Shown here: in pieces, positions 63,996-64,000 of the stretch | How positions within the stretch are numbered: the first letter of the stretch is position 1 | Layout: each line of letters begins with the position of its first letter | DNA from: Prochloron sp. | Lineage (GTDB): Bacteria > Cyanobacteriota > Cyanobacteriia > Cyanobacteriales > Prochloraceae | Direction of reading: 5' to 3' | DNA length: 64,000 nt | NCBI GenBank assembly: GCA_965198675.1 | Contig: OZ240666.1 | Coordinates: 4,644,776 to 4,708,775, forward strand | Notes under the pieces: model-generated | Seen by the model: only the letters and a program-made list of their open reading frames with translations | What the model was told of the DNA's origin: nothing | Databases searched by the model: none | Translations under genes and position numbers: made by a program

Positions 63996-64000
63996 TCTGA

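Overview
Cyanobacterial chromosome segment, judged from frequent GCGATCGC (HIP1-type) sites, heptameric CAGTTAC/TGGTCAC tandem arrays and many GGTGGGCAATGCCCACC(CTAC) palindromes. 1-14.7 kb holds housekeeping genes (prfA 5' part, rpmE, clpS, pdxH, an ABC ATPase, a sugar nucleotidyltransferase, rluD) mixed with decayed toxin-antitoxin and defence-like remnants. 14.8-23.2 kb is a tandem segmental duplication of a STAND (NB-ARC/TPR) NTPase plus a divergent small tail-anchored protein; one NTPase copy is knocked out by an IS607 tnpA/tnpB element and the other by an IS5-family element. 23.3-64 kb is a phycoerythrin/phycobilisome-rod super-cluster: cpcG, nblA, cpeY, cpeBA, a cpeZ-like gene, four S/U-type lyases, cpeT, an E/F-type lyase, cpeR, five tandem rod-linker genes, a CpcD-like gene and a 596-aa double-linker protein. 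This cluster is interrupted by a RelBE/DUF4058/SNF2-helicase island, a split RND efflux operon, VapBC modules, MITEs and IscB elements. The observations I rate highest are: (i) two adjacent PE linker genes are each frameshifted by an independent, exact 7-bp tandem duplication; (ii) three IscB (OMEGA) elements occur at different stages of decay (intact with upstream omega-RNA, internally deleted, and an ORF-less omega-RNA-only derivative); (iii) a 256-bp hairpin-ended element is inserted 3' of TTAC without target duplication in two genes, and its precise removal restores a 90-aa ORF; (iv) both STAND NTPase copies are disrupted by IS elements close to the P-loop; (v) a 14-nt motif is shared upstream of cpeBA and cpeC. 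Family assignments come from reading the translations by eye. No database search was run.
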